Part shown: piece by piece, positions 10,728-21,016 of the stretch | How the letters are laid out: every line of letters begins with the position of its first letter | Position numbering within the stretch: the stretch's first letter is position 1 | NCBI GenBank assembly: GCA_040767525.1 | Contig: JAXGOJ010000001.1 | Coordinates: forward strand, 20,317 to 84,316 | DNA length: 64,000 nt | Source of the DNA: Bacillota bacterium | Lineage (GTDB): Bacteria; Bacillota; Sulfobacillia; Fermentithermobacillales; Fermentithermobacillaceae | Direction: 5' to 3' | Program-made: the position numbers and the translations under genes | The notes under the pieces: model-generated | What the model was told of the DNA's origin: nothing | What the model saw: only the letters and a program-made list of their open reading frames with translations | Database searches by the model: none

Positions 10728-12120
10728 TTGGCGCTTACTCAAACCGAAAGCTGGTATCTCGCAGAATCAATCAAGGGCGAAACGCTAATGTGCCAGAAAC
10801 TTACCAATTATCTCAACCAAGTGCAGGATCCTGATCTGCGACGGCTGGTTATTAACCTCCGAAGGACGTGCCGGCAGCATGTAGATATGCTTACAAGCCA
10901 CATAACTTAATCATGGCAAGGAGGTAAAGGTTGCATGTCTCAGGTGTTTGGAACTACCGGTGAGGGGCATTCTTACAGACAGGGAGATCGCTGAAGATAT
11001 ACTTACCGGTCAGAAGTATCTTTCAAATTACTATTATGCCCTGCGATTCTGGAAGCAATGGACCCTGAGTTAAGAAACACGTTTCAGCAAGTGCACAATT
11101 GATACTCAGACAGAGCTAAACAGGTATTTGATTACCTAAATGCAAGGGGTTGGTACAAACCCAGGCAAGCAGATGCTCAATCGGTAAATGATCTCAAAAA
11201 TGCAGCCCAGGAGTCGCAGCAAATACTGTCATCAGTTTCCGGCGAGACAACCAAGACAGGAGGCAAAAGCACAGTGATAGGCGGGCAGAATCCATATACA
11301 CAGAGTACTCAATCCATGCCTGGAAATGTTTCCTACTCAGGAACAACCTGGCATTCACAGCCACAGTCATTTCAGACAGGCACACCTTGGCAACCATCTT
11401 ACAGCCAGGCTCCTCAGTGGACCGGTACTCAAGCAGGCGAAGGGCAGAGCGGTATGGGCCCTCAGCAGTCTGTGGCCCCAGTGGACCCGGTGGGAGGACA
11501 GCCAAGCTGGATGCAACCACAACAGGTGGCTTTTCGGCGGGGTTTCCGGAGGCTCAGGTAATATCTGGCACTCAGGGAGCCGGGTATAGTTCAGGAGGCA
11601 CATGGCAGCCACAGTCGTACCAAACCGGTACCGGATGGCAGTCCCAGCCACAGTCATTTCAGACAGGCACACCTTGGCAACCATCTTACAGCCAGGCTCC
11701 TCAGTGGACCGGTACTCAAGCAGGCGAAGGGCAGAGCGGTATGGGCCCCAGCAGCCTTGGCCAGTGGGCCAGGTGGGGAGGACAGCCAAGCTGGATGCAA
11801 ACCACAACAGGTGGTTTTTCCGGCGGGGTTTCCGGAGGCCACGGAATACCGGGTACTCAAGGAGCCGGGTATAGTGCAGCAGGTACATGGCAGCCACAAT
11901 CGTACCAAACCGGTACCGGATGGCAGTCCCAGCCGCAATCATTTCAAACAGGCACACTTTGGCAACCGTCTTACAGTCAGGCCCCCAGTGGACCGGTACT
12001 CAAGCCGGGGAAGGACAGATGGTATGGGCCCCAGCAGCCCTTACCAATGGGCTAGGTGGGGAGGACAGCCAAGCTGGATGGTACAGACAGGGAGTGTTCA
12101 AACAAGTCAAAGCCAATGGG
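10728..12120 (+). CDS. Coat_F-domain (CotF-like) spore coat protein with a long Trp/Gln/Thr/Gly-rich tandem-repeat C-terminal region; several frameshifts
   Basis: TTG start with an AAAGGAGGTG ribosome-binding site. Coat_F-like segments LTQTESWYLAESIKGETL...DPDLRR, ILEAMDPELRNTFQQVHN and AKQVFDYLNARGWYKP are followed by about three copies of ...GTWQPQSYQTGTGWQSQPQSFQTGTPWQPSYSQAPQWTGTQAGEGQSGMGP..., read in alternating frames. Confidence 0.55.
11330..12110. repeat. tandem direct repeat of ~287 bp, about 2.7 copies, within the CotF-like coding region
   Basis: The block cagccacagtcatttcagacaggcacaccttggcaaccatcttacagccaggctcctcagtggaccggtactcaagcaggcgaagggcagagcggtatgggccc recurs at about 11358, 11645 and 11931, with minor substitutions. 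Confidence 0.7.
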
Positions 12121-12170
12121 CCTAACACACCTTAGGGCCTGGTTGTCATAAAGCGGCGAAATGAGCAAAA

Positions 12171-12196
12171 AGGGGTAGCCGGCTACCCCTTTTGCT
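12171..12196. terminator. intrinsic terminator hairpin (perfect palindrome, A/T tracts on both sides)
   Basis: aaaaGGGGTAGCCGGCTACCCCtttt. Confidence 0.55.
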
Positions 12197-12240
12197 GACA
12201 CCGAAGATGGTTTTTAACCCACCAAGAAAGGACGATACTT

Positions 12241-13301
12241 TTGCCTGAATTGCGTTACGACATTCTCTCAGGGACTTATACCATTGTTGCATCTGAACGA
12301 GCCAAAAGGCCGAACGATTTCAGGTCAGCTCAAGAAGGGGAAGGCGTGGCACCAAAGCTGGATCCAAAGTGTCCTTTCTGCCCGGGTAATGAAAATATGA
12401 CTCCTCCCGAAATATCAGCTTTACGCGACGAAGGAGCACATGACGGGCCTAACTGGAGAATACGAGTAGTGCCAAACAAGTTTCCGGCTTTACTGCCTGT
12501 AAGAGATGCTCTTGAAATCGGCATTGATCTTACCCCTGCAGAGAATCCTATTGTAGATGATTCTTCAATATACTGGGAAACTCCGGCAGTCGGGGCCCAC
12601 GAAGTTGTAATAGAATCTCCAAAGCACAACGGTACACTGGGTGGCTGCAGCTCAGAGGAAAATTTACCGTCATATTTAACATGCTTAACGAGGCGATACC
12701 TGGTCCTTTATGACCAAAAGGTACCATAAAGTATGTACAGGTTTTTCGCAATTGTACTTTGGGTGTACTCTCCTTGCTCATCCTCATTTTCAGATCATAG
12801 GTCTTCCGTTCATGCCTCCCGAAGTATTGAACGAGACATCCCGCTATAGAGAGTATCGCGGCAAAACAGGTAGATGCATAATGTGTGACTATGTCGAGCG
12901 TGAAATCGAAAAAGACCGAGAGTTGTTGCAAAGAGCCGGGAATTCGTAATTCTTTGCCCCTTTGCCTCCAAATATTCATTTGAGACGCTCATAGTCCCTG
13001 GAGACACTCAACTACTTTTTCTGTTGAATGCAGAAGAAGCAAGAGATATACCAGGAAATAATAGGACTGTTTTACGGTTATGAAGAAATGTTCTTGTCCC
13101 TTTCCTCGGCAATCTGGTTGTTCACAGCCTCCCCTCAAAAACGGTCGAAGAAGCAAACTGACTATCACTGGGCATGCACGTGTATCCCAGACTGAATGTT
13201 GAGGCGGACTGGAAAAGGGGGCAGGAGTATGGATAAACCCAACGCCACCTGAATTGGCTGCACTTCAGTTCCCAAGAAAGGATGAGTCTCATGCTGCTTG
13301 A
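12241..13301 (+). CDS. galT: galactose-1-phosphate uridylyltransferase-family (GalT, HIT-like) nucleotidyltransferase; multiple frameshifts
   Basis: N-terminus ...ERAKRPNDF...CPFCPGNE...RVVPNKFPA. The HPHFQI (HxH) motif lies in a second frame. The C-terminus ...TPPELAALQ... is similar to the E. coli GalT end. Overlaps the glgA start. Confidence 0.7.
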
Positions 13302-14843
13302 CACAGGAATTAAGGTTCTCTTGGTATCATCAGAAGCGGCTCCCTTTGCCAAGACCGGAGGGCTTGCAGACGTGGCAGGGTCTTTGCCGAAGCTTTTTTG
13401 CTTCAGGGAAACGACGTAAGAGTAGTTTTACCTCGGTACCGCAGTATATCAGAGTTTAGCACGATCACCGATTTTCCTGTCCAGGTAGGGGAGAGGAAAA
13501 CCACATGTATCGTCAGGTCCAACCAGATCGAGGCAAAGAGTGACAAAGGAGTCAAACGCCTTCCTGTTTATTTTCTTGATAACTACCATTATTTTGACCG
13601 GGATGGATACTATGGATATCCTGACGAAGCGGAAAGATTTGGTTTTTTTGACCTTGCAGTCATAAAGATGTGTGAAGCTATGAATTTTATCCCGGATGTC
13701 ATCCATTGTAACGACTGGCAATCAGGCTTCATACCTCTTCTGGCAAAGGAGAGAGGTCAGGAAAACCCTGTGTGGGAAGGTGCGGCTTCATGTTTTACCA
13801 TTCACAACTTGCGGTATCAGGGCAACTTTCCTGAAGAATCTCTGGGCCTGTTTAACTTGAAACACAATTACTTCAACCCTGAAGGGGTTGAATTTTACGG
13901 ACATGTGAGTTTTATGAAGGCCGGTATTGTATATGCAGATGTCATAAACACTGTATCAGTTACTTATTCAAGGGAAATCCAGACACCTCAATTCGGCGAA
14001 AGGTTCGAAGGAATACTGAGGAAACGGGGAAAAGACCTTTACGGTATAGTAAATGGTATCAACTATCACGAGTTTAATCCCGGAACAGACCCAAGAATAT
14101 TTAAGGTATACGGCCCTGGAGATGTAGAAGGAAAGAAAGAAAATAAGCACGCCCTCCAAAGGGAATTGGGATTGCCTATATCTGACAGGCCGCTTATCGG
14201 ACTTGTGTCAAGACTGGTTGATCAAAAAGGCCTGGATATTTTGCTTGAGTCCATTCACAGGATACTGTCAATGGATGTGCAGTTCGCGGTACTGGGAACA
14301 GGGGAACCTTACTATGAAGAGGCTTTATCGGCGGTAAGCAAACGATATTTGGGCAAAATGTCCGCTGTTATCGGGTTTAGCGGCATATTGGCACAAAAAA
14401 TCTATGCAGGCTCTGACATGTTTCTTATGCCGTCACGATTTGAGCCTTGTGGCCTGGGCCAACTCATAGCCATGAGATACGGTTCAATTCCAATTGTACG
14501 CAAAACAGGCGGGTTGGAAGATACTGTACTGGACTATGATGAGGGCAGTGGAACAGGGAGTGGTTTCGTCTTTCAGGAATACAGCTCTCTTGCTCTCATC
14601 GAAGCTGTTTCAAGGGCAGTTGACCTATACAACAACAAACGAAGCTGGAACAGCTTGGTTAGAAATGTTATGGAACAAGACTTCTCCTGGAACAGATCAG
14701 CAGCCCTTTACACTGAGCTATATATTGAAGCCCTTGCCAGGAAAGGGCGGATTGAAAAGGCCTGCCTGACTATTGGGCTATTTCCCATGTCTGATATATT
14801 TCTGAATAGCAATCCAAAAGCTTTTCACAGCTATGTTCAATAG
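13282..14843 (+). CDS. glgA: glycogen (starch) synthase, GT5; one frameshift near 13390 (A-run)
   Basis: N-terminus ...[27 protein letters not shown], then after the shift ...[11 protein letters not shown]..., followed by a 481 aa collinear GlgA body. Confidence 0.85.
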
Positions 14844-15918
14844 AGACTTTTCTGGCATTAGACATGGCATTACGTTTCATCTTTCCGAGCAGATCAGGAT
14901 TTTGAAGAAGTAGTAGAGCTTTATGGGCAATGTCATGAGGATTGTTATTGCATAAAAAGCCATCTACACCGTTTTCCACCATGTCGGTTACGCCAAGGGC
15001 TCCAACAGCAACACAGGGTACTCCTGCTGATTTTGCTTCTGCTATAACTAACCCTTGAGTGTCTGTAAGTGATGTGAACATGAAGAGATCAGATCCGGCA
15101 TAGAGGTGAGGCATAACAGCGGGAGGGACTTTGCCTGCAAAAATGGTTCTGTGGGCAACGCCAAGTTCCCGGGCGAGGCTTAAGAGATCTGCCTTAAGAG
15201 GCCCGTCACCAACAAAGACCAGGACAGAATCAACTGTATTTTGAATTATGGAAAACGCCTGCAGCAGAGTTTGAGGATTTTTCTCCTGTCCTAATCTCCC
15301 ACATGTAAGGAGTACAGGCAATTGGGTTGGGATATTGAAGGTACTTCTAATGTAAGTTTGATTCCCTCCGCGAAACTGCTCAACATCTACCCCTGTGGGA
15401 ATCACAAAGGTCCTGGTTTCTACATTGTGTTCCTGAAGGTATGCCTTTATTGCAGAAGAGGGGGCAATGACGGCATCAGCAGTCCTGGCAGTTCTAAGAG
15501 CCCCGCTTTCAACCAGATCAGACGCTTTTTCGCCTATCATGGGTATGTAATGGGAATACTTGCCATACATTGTGTGAAAGGTAAACACCACAGGGATTCC
15601 CAGAAGGCTGCCAAGCCTCAATCCCATTTTCCCTAGGTTAAAGGGTGAATGGATATGAATGACCTGGGGTGAAAGTTCCCACAGAGCAATCAGATTTTTA
15701 GGGTTTACAGGTATTGCTACGTAATAATCGGGTTTTGTCGGGGCCTTTACTGACGGAAAGCGGTATACCCCGGGTTCCACAGTAGCACCAGGGTAAGATG
15801 GGCAAAACACCGAAACGCTATGGCCTATAAGGTTGAGCCTATCCCGGCTTGTTGCTACAGACCGGGTTACGCCGGAGACATAAGGGTAATAGCTATCAGT
15901 CCACATTGATATTCGCAT
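14770..15918 (-). CDS. GT4-family glycosyltransferase (group 1 glycosyl transferase)
   Basis: MRISMWTDSYYPYVSGVTRSV... N-terminus and a C-terminal GT4 fold (EAKSAGVPCVAV...GVDGFL). Confidence 0.8.
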   Translation of the reverse strand: MRISMWTDSYYPYVSGVTRSVATSRDRLNLIGHSVSVFCPSYPGATVEPGVYRFPSVKAPTKPDYYVAIPVNPKNLIALWELSPQVIHIHSPFNLGKMGLRLGSLLGIPVVFTFHTMYGKYSHYIPMIGEKASDLVESGALRTARTADAVIAPSSAIKAYLQEHNVETRTFVIPTGVDVEQFRGGNQTYIRSTFNIPTQLPVLLTCGRLGQEKNPQTLLQAFSIIQNTVDSVLVFVGDGPLKADLLSLARELGVAHRTIFAGKVPPAVMPHLYAGSDLFMFTSLTDTQGLVIAEAKSAGVPCVAVGALGVTDMVENGVDGFLCNNNPHDIAHKALLLLQNPDLLGKMKRNAMSNARKVSIEHSCEKLLDCYSEIYQTWEIAQ

Positions 15919-16061
15919 GTTGTTCACCATAGTTATTATGTTCTGTTTGAAGAGATAAAACAAGCCGTGGAATTGGCACGGGCCCGAAAGGTTTGTATTT
16001 TATCTTTTTGAGCCCTGGGGTTACAATATGTTTAGAAGACTGGGGAAAGGAGGATTGTGGA

Positions 16062-16937
16062 ATGCCTGTCAAGAAAGCCATCTTTCCGGTTGCAGGTTTG
16101 GGCACCAGATTCTTGCCTGCAACTAAAGCGCAACCTAAGGAAATGCTGCCGATTGTGGATAAGCCCACGATTCAATATGTAGTTGAAGAAGCTGTACAGT
16201 CAGGTATTGACGACTTCTTATTTATCACCGGGAGAGATAAGCGGGCTCTTGAAGATTATTTTGACCATTCCAGTGAGCTTGAGCACCATCTTATGGACAA
16301 GGGGAAGACGGAACTCCTGGAACTGGTTCACAGTATTTCGTGTATGTGCCAAATGTATTATGTCAGGCAGAAGAAACCTATGGGCCTGGGACATGCCGTT
16401 TGGTGTGCAAAACAACATATAGGGCAAGAGTACTTTGCAGTATTGTTAGGTGACGATATTGTTGTATCTTCTAAACCATGTCTCAAGCAAATGATAGAGG
16501 TACATAGGGATACAAAGAAACCTGTGATAGCCTTAAGGCGAGTACCCAGAGAGAATGTTTCTTCCTATGGAGTAATAGCCGGTAAGCCTTTGTCCAATGG
16601 GATGTGGGAGATCACTGATCTTGTGGAAAAACCCAGTCCTGAAAATGCGCCGTCTGATCTTGCAGTTATTGGGCGTTACATTTTTGCCACCGGATATTTT
16701 CCCAATATTGGAACATCTCGAACCTGGAGTAGGCGGCGAAATTCAGTTAACTGATGCGTTAAGGAACTTGCGCACAAGGAGCCTATAATCGGTTATGAGT
16801 TTGAAGGGACGCGTTACGATGTGGGTGAGCCGAAAGGTTTTCTTGTTGCGACTGTAGAGATGGCCCTGGCGGATGACCTGAGAAAAGATTTCGGACGGTA
16901 TCTTGCAAAAATCGTTCGTGATCGAAATCTTATGTGA
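16062..16937 (+). CDS. galU: UTP--glucose-1-phosphate uridylyltransferase; two frameshifts in the 3' third
   Basis: MPVKKAIFPVAGLGTRFLPATKAQPKEMLPIVDKPTIQYVVEEA...; C-terminus ...GEIQLTDAL...YEFEGTRYDVGEPKGFL recovered from two other frames. Confidence 0.85.
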
Positions 16938-17147
16938 CATGAACAACTGTTATTATTCAGTGGCTTAACTACGCAATAGCTGTGGCCGTGGCCCGGAGGG
17001 ATAGAGTAATCAACTTTCCCTCCGGGTTTGCATCTCAGCCGTGCTGTATCCAATCATTTATGTATTGCAAAGGCCATTTTGTCTGTTTGTATAAAACAGC
17101 CTGGATATTGGCAAAACATACTATGACCTCTACAAGAAAGAAAGGAG

Positions 17148-17774
17148 ATGCTTATGGCCACGTCAGAAAAAGAAACAAGATACAGGTGGAAAGATGGCAA
17201 AAGAACGGAACTTTTGGCATTTGTTAATCGAAGTACTCAAAAAGGGTTCGACTGTTACAGCTGCCCTAAAAAGGAGTATGGTGAGAAACACGGTATCTCG
17301 TGGCTGACGGCTAGATGGAAATACTACCAAATGAAAAGAAGACTTTATGCACAAAACGAATCTGTTAGCAAAACCAAGTTGGTGCCGGATACCGAATCCC
17401 ATGACAAGGCAGAATCTGCCTTGGTAGATGATGATGATTTCCTTACGGCTCTTTCAGCCCTCATTGTGTCTTCTCAGCATATTGGAGAAGATGTGGTTTC
17501 TCTGATAAGAGGTTTTTCCCGTATGGCAAGCCTGGCCCATGAGACTATCGAGTTGAAGCAGCAGCTCAATAATACGGCAAAAGATATGAACGAAATACGG
17601 CAAACAGCACAGGCAGCCAGGAAGTCTTTGGAAGACCTTGATGAGGTAATTGGCAGCTGGCAACGCCTGTCGAGTGTTGAGAAGGTCAATACCTTAAGGG
17701 AATTTGAGCAATCCTGGAGATTCAAAGACTGGGAATCGCCTAAAGCCCTGGATTTTCTTACCTTTATGGGGTAA
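17148..17774 (+). CDS. hypothetical protein, with a possible Myb-like/RsfA-like N-terminal DNA-binding domain and a coiled-coil C-terminus
   Basis: Intact 208 aa ORF. Trp spacing (RYRW...ISWLTARWKYY) is weakly reminiscent of the prespore regulator RsfA. Lies among sporulation genes. Assignment is tentative. Confidence 0.35.
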   Translation: MLMATSEKETRYRWKDGKRTELLAFVNRSTQKGFDCYSCPKKEYGEKHGISWLTARWKYYQMKRRLYAQNESVSKTKLVPDTESHDKAESALVDDDDFLTALSALIVSSQHIGEDVVSLIRGFSRMASLAHETIELKQQLNNTAKDMNEIRQTAQAARKSLEDLDEVIGSWQRLSSVEKVNTLREFEQSWRFKDWESPKALDFLTFMG

Positions 17775-17777
17775 TTC

Positions 17778-19427
17778 ATGAAAGATGGGATTGGGAGCAA
17801 GACAATACGTGACAGAATAAAGATGGTACTGTTCATGTCAGGAGTTGCCCTTTCATTCTTATTAGGGCCTGCTCATTCGTTACCAACTTGCTCCCATATT
17901 CACTGGAAACTCCTATGTAGAACCGGCCTTTCTTCAAAGACAAGAGGGCGTTTCGGTAACCCTGGCAAGAGGGCGGATTATGGATAGGAACGAAATCCCA
18001 CTACACAGTCCTTGTTGGAATCCAGCTTTGGCTGTTTTCCCACACAGGTAACAGTAAAAGAAGATTTTGCAAAGGAGGCAGCCCTGGCAACGGGTTTGAC
18101 TGAAACCTGGCTGGAGTCAGTACTGGATACGTCAGCACTGCCATCCAAAATCCTTAGAAATATTTCTGCAGCCAGGCAAAAGACATAGTATCTGCGAACA
18201 TTACCCGGCCTGGCAGTGATACCTGAAGAAATACGATACGGCCTTTTTCCCTGGCAAGGCACGTTGTCGGGCATATACGGCCAATGCTATATGAATCCAA
18301 AGGATAATATTGGTGAAAACGGCTGGAAAGATGGTTCAATCTGAATTAGCGGGAGGCACCCTGCTTGGGCAGGAACCCTTGTAACCGGAGAGGGGCAGGA
18401 ACTGCCTGGAGCAGGAGTACGTATTGGTTCAATCAGAGATTACCCTAAAGACCTTGTGACCACAATTGATGTAAGCATTCAGTACACTGTAGAGACAATC
18501 CTGGATGAAGAGCTTATTGAAAAAGGAGCTGTAGTTGTGCTCGATGCCAAAACCGGTGAAATACTGGCCATGGCATCCAGGCCCCAGTATGATCAGAACC
18601 GGCCGGAAGACTACTTGAATTGCGCAGAGGCTCCTTTTGTGAACCGTGCCATTTCGGACTTCACCCCTGGCTCGGTGTGGAAACCGGTGATAATAGCCCT
18701 GGCTTTGGAAAGAGGGTACATTCAACCCAGCGAACTGTTTGTGTGTGAAGGCTCGATTCAAGTTGGCCCTGCAACTGTCAAGTGCGGCCACTCGGAAAAT
18801 GGGCATGGTAGCGTAACTGCAAAAGAAGCAATAGCTAAATCATGTAATTCCGCTCTGATTCAAATTGGCTTACGAATACCTCCTGAAGAGCTGGTTGAAT
18901 GGGCACAGACTTGTGGCTTCGGACAAGAAACTGAAGTGCCCCTGCCGGACGAGTTAAGGGGGCTATTACCGGCTCCTTACTCTATGCTTCCCGGAGATGT
19001 GGCTAACTACTCCATAGGGCAAGGTTATCTTACGGTTACTCCCCTTCAGATGGCCGCGTTTTACAGATCAATGATTAATGGGGGAAAACTTGGGGATCCC
19101 ACTCTTATTCCCGGGCCCCATGCAAATGAGAAAGCAATATGTTCTACCCAAACGTGCCGGCTCTTACAGGAGGCACTGGTACTTGCCACTCAAAAAGGTG
19201 GCACCGGAGAAGCTGCATGGGTACCTGGCCTGGGGAGTGCAGGCAAAACGGGAACTGCAGAAGTTGATGGCACATCTTCCCATAGCCACGCATGGTTCGT
19301 GGGTTGGAGTCCTGTTATGGTTCCTGAGTATGTAATATGTGTGTTTGCCGAAAGGGCAGGAAGCGGCCCTGCCCTGGCTGCCCCCATTTTTAGGAAAATC
19401 GCTGCGCAGTTACTCTTATGTCAATAA
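17778..19427 (+). CDS. class B penicillin-binding protein (SpoVD/FtsI-like transpeptidase); N-terminal half frameshifted
   Basis: N-terminal transmembrane helix. The C-terminal 323 aa carry SxxK (GSVWKP), SxN (SCNS) and KTGTA motifs. Dimerisation-domain fragments (...DRNEIPLT..., ...RYGLFPWQGTLSGIYG...) appear in other frames between 17980 and 18450. Confidence 0.75.
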
Positions 19428-19508
19428 AGAAACCCTGACGGATAGACCAGGCTAGGCCCATGTGGTACCATTTGTGAGAAAAGCCTTTACGGAAAGGGGA
19501 CTTCCTCT

Positions 19509-20906
19509 GTGGGTTTGGCAGCAGTTTACGCACTGTGGTTTGTGGATATGCTAGGTCTTAAGTCAGTTACACGGAAAGGATTTGCAAAACAAGCAAGAGC
19601 CGGCTATCACCCATACGTTGTATACATGGGAGCCAGAGAACTTATGCGCTCGGGGAAAAGACAAGAGGCAAAGAATATTCTTGTCGATGCTTTGAAAACA
19701 CGGCCCTCCCTGCGGTGCGGACGCTTGCTGATTCATGTTCTCATTAAGGACAAAGACTATAGCGGTGCCTTGGAGGCAGCCAGGCGTTTATCATATATGG
19801 AACCTGATAACCCCTGGCCATACCTGTTGGTAGGAGATATCCAATATTTCTTCTTAAAGGACAGAGAATCTGCTTTCGAGTCTTTTACCAAAGCCCTTGA
19901 CATCTGCAAGAAGTTCAATAAGAAGAATCCTCTCAAAGTTGCCTACAAAAGGGTATGCCGCCTTCTTGAAGAAAGAGGAATGGAAGATGAACTCATAGAT
20001 CATTTGGGGGAATTCATCAAACTTGAATCTTCCAACTTTCATGATCACGAGTTTAATATTTTGACCAACGGGTTAATCGACAGAGGACAGCGAGAAGAAG
20101 CTAGAGAAATTCTTGCATTGGGAATAAGGGCATACCCCAGAAGCCTTCGTTTAAGAAAGGCATGGGAGGAATTGGGGTTCGGCAGGCTTGAAGACTTGCC
20201 GCCTATCCCTGTAAGAGGCAAGGTGCCGCCTTCAGATGTCTTGCTTGAGCCTGTAAACACCCGGTTGTTTACAGAAGACAACAACCCGGTCCAGGCAATG
20301 AAGGAATACGTAACTCAGCCTATGCCTGGCGATGTAGCCACCCTTTCGTCATGTGTTGCAGGGCTTATGGAAGGCCGGATATTTATGGAAGGCGCAGTGG
20401 AGCCAGGTTTTCTGGCAAGGACTCTTTCGCGTTTTGTGGATCAGAAAGATATTCCCTTTGGCGGCGCCGCCCCTATGGCCAATCCCCTGTCTATGCAGGT
20501 ATTGCTTGAGGAGATCGGATCTGTTCGTACTCTGGTTGCGGCAGCGGCGGGAGCTCTTGGTAAACTCCTGGGCCGTAAGGGTTGGTTTTATGTAGTAGCA
20601 GGCCAGGATGCAGGGCAGATTGATGACGTCTTGGGGAGTCTACCCCCTTATGATTACTACGTCATTATGGGGCCGGAGGATCCTTCGGGCCTTTCGCAGG
20701 AAATGGCCTGCGAACTTGGATGCGAGGCTGCCATTGTAGATGCCAATGACCTTGGGGTTGCCTGGGCGGTAGGATACTCGGCAGGTGTGAATCCTGTGTG
20801 GCTTGAAGAAGTTATGTCCAGTAATCCTGCAGGCAATCAGGAGCAGCAAACCCCAATAGTCCTGGTAAGAAGAAAAAAGGGAAACGTTACAGAGCCTTTG
20901 AGTTAA
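19509..20906 (+). CDS. TPR-repeat protein with an uncharacterised C-terminal domain (a resemblance to PF01996/CofE was considered and not supported on residue comparison)
   Basis: Intact 465 aa ORF. The N-terminal ~220 aa are TPR-like. The C-terminal region (...YYVIMGPEDPSGLSQEMACELGCEAAIVDANDLGVAWAVGYSAGVN...QTPIVLVRRK) has no supported family assignment; the recalled CofE similarity was weak and not collinear. Confidence 0.45.
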   Translation: MGLAAVYALWFVDMLGLKSVTRKGFAKQARAGYHPYVVYMGARELMRSGKRQEAKNILVDALKTRPSLRCGRLLIHVLIKDKDYSGALEAARRLSYMEPDNPWPYLLVGDIQYFFLKDRESAFESFTKALDICKKFNKKNPLKVAYKRVCRLLEERGMEDELIDHLGEFIKLESSNFHDHEFNILTNGLIDRGQREEAREILALGIRAYPRSLRLRKAWEELGFGRLEDLPPIPVRGKVPPSDVLLEPVNTRLFTEDNNPVQAMKEYVTQPMPGDVATLSSCVAGLMEGRIFMEGAVEPGFLARTLSRFVDQKDIPFGGAAPMANPLSMQVLLEEIGSVRTLVAAAAGALGKLLGRKGWFYVVAGQDAGQIDDVLGSLPPYDYYVIMGPEDPSGLSQEMACELGCEAAIVDANDLGVAWAVGYSAGVNPVWLEEVMSSNPAGNQEQQTPIVLVRRKKGNVTEPLS

Positions 20907-21016
20907 TTTAAGATATGCTCGCTTAGGGACACGCACAGAACAATGCCTATTTGAATAGTATGTGGATGTACACAAATAGGCCTATTAATTTGTGTTTAAC
21001 CGGAGGGAGCATAAGG

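Noticed and set aside
11367-11957. A 196-aa minus-strand ORF, plus plus-strand ORFs at 11326, 11602, 11757 and 11887, in the repeat region
   Set aside because: They are generated by the ~287-bp tandem repeats and read the repeat in alternate frames or antisense. Only the Q/T/W-rich frame continuous with the Coat_F domain is plausible.
11330-12110. Possible CRISPR array
   Set aside because: The repeats are ~287 bp long and contiguous without unique spacers, and they are protein-coding. This is not CRISPR architecture, and there are no cas genes in the window.
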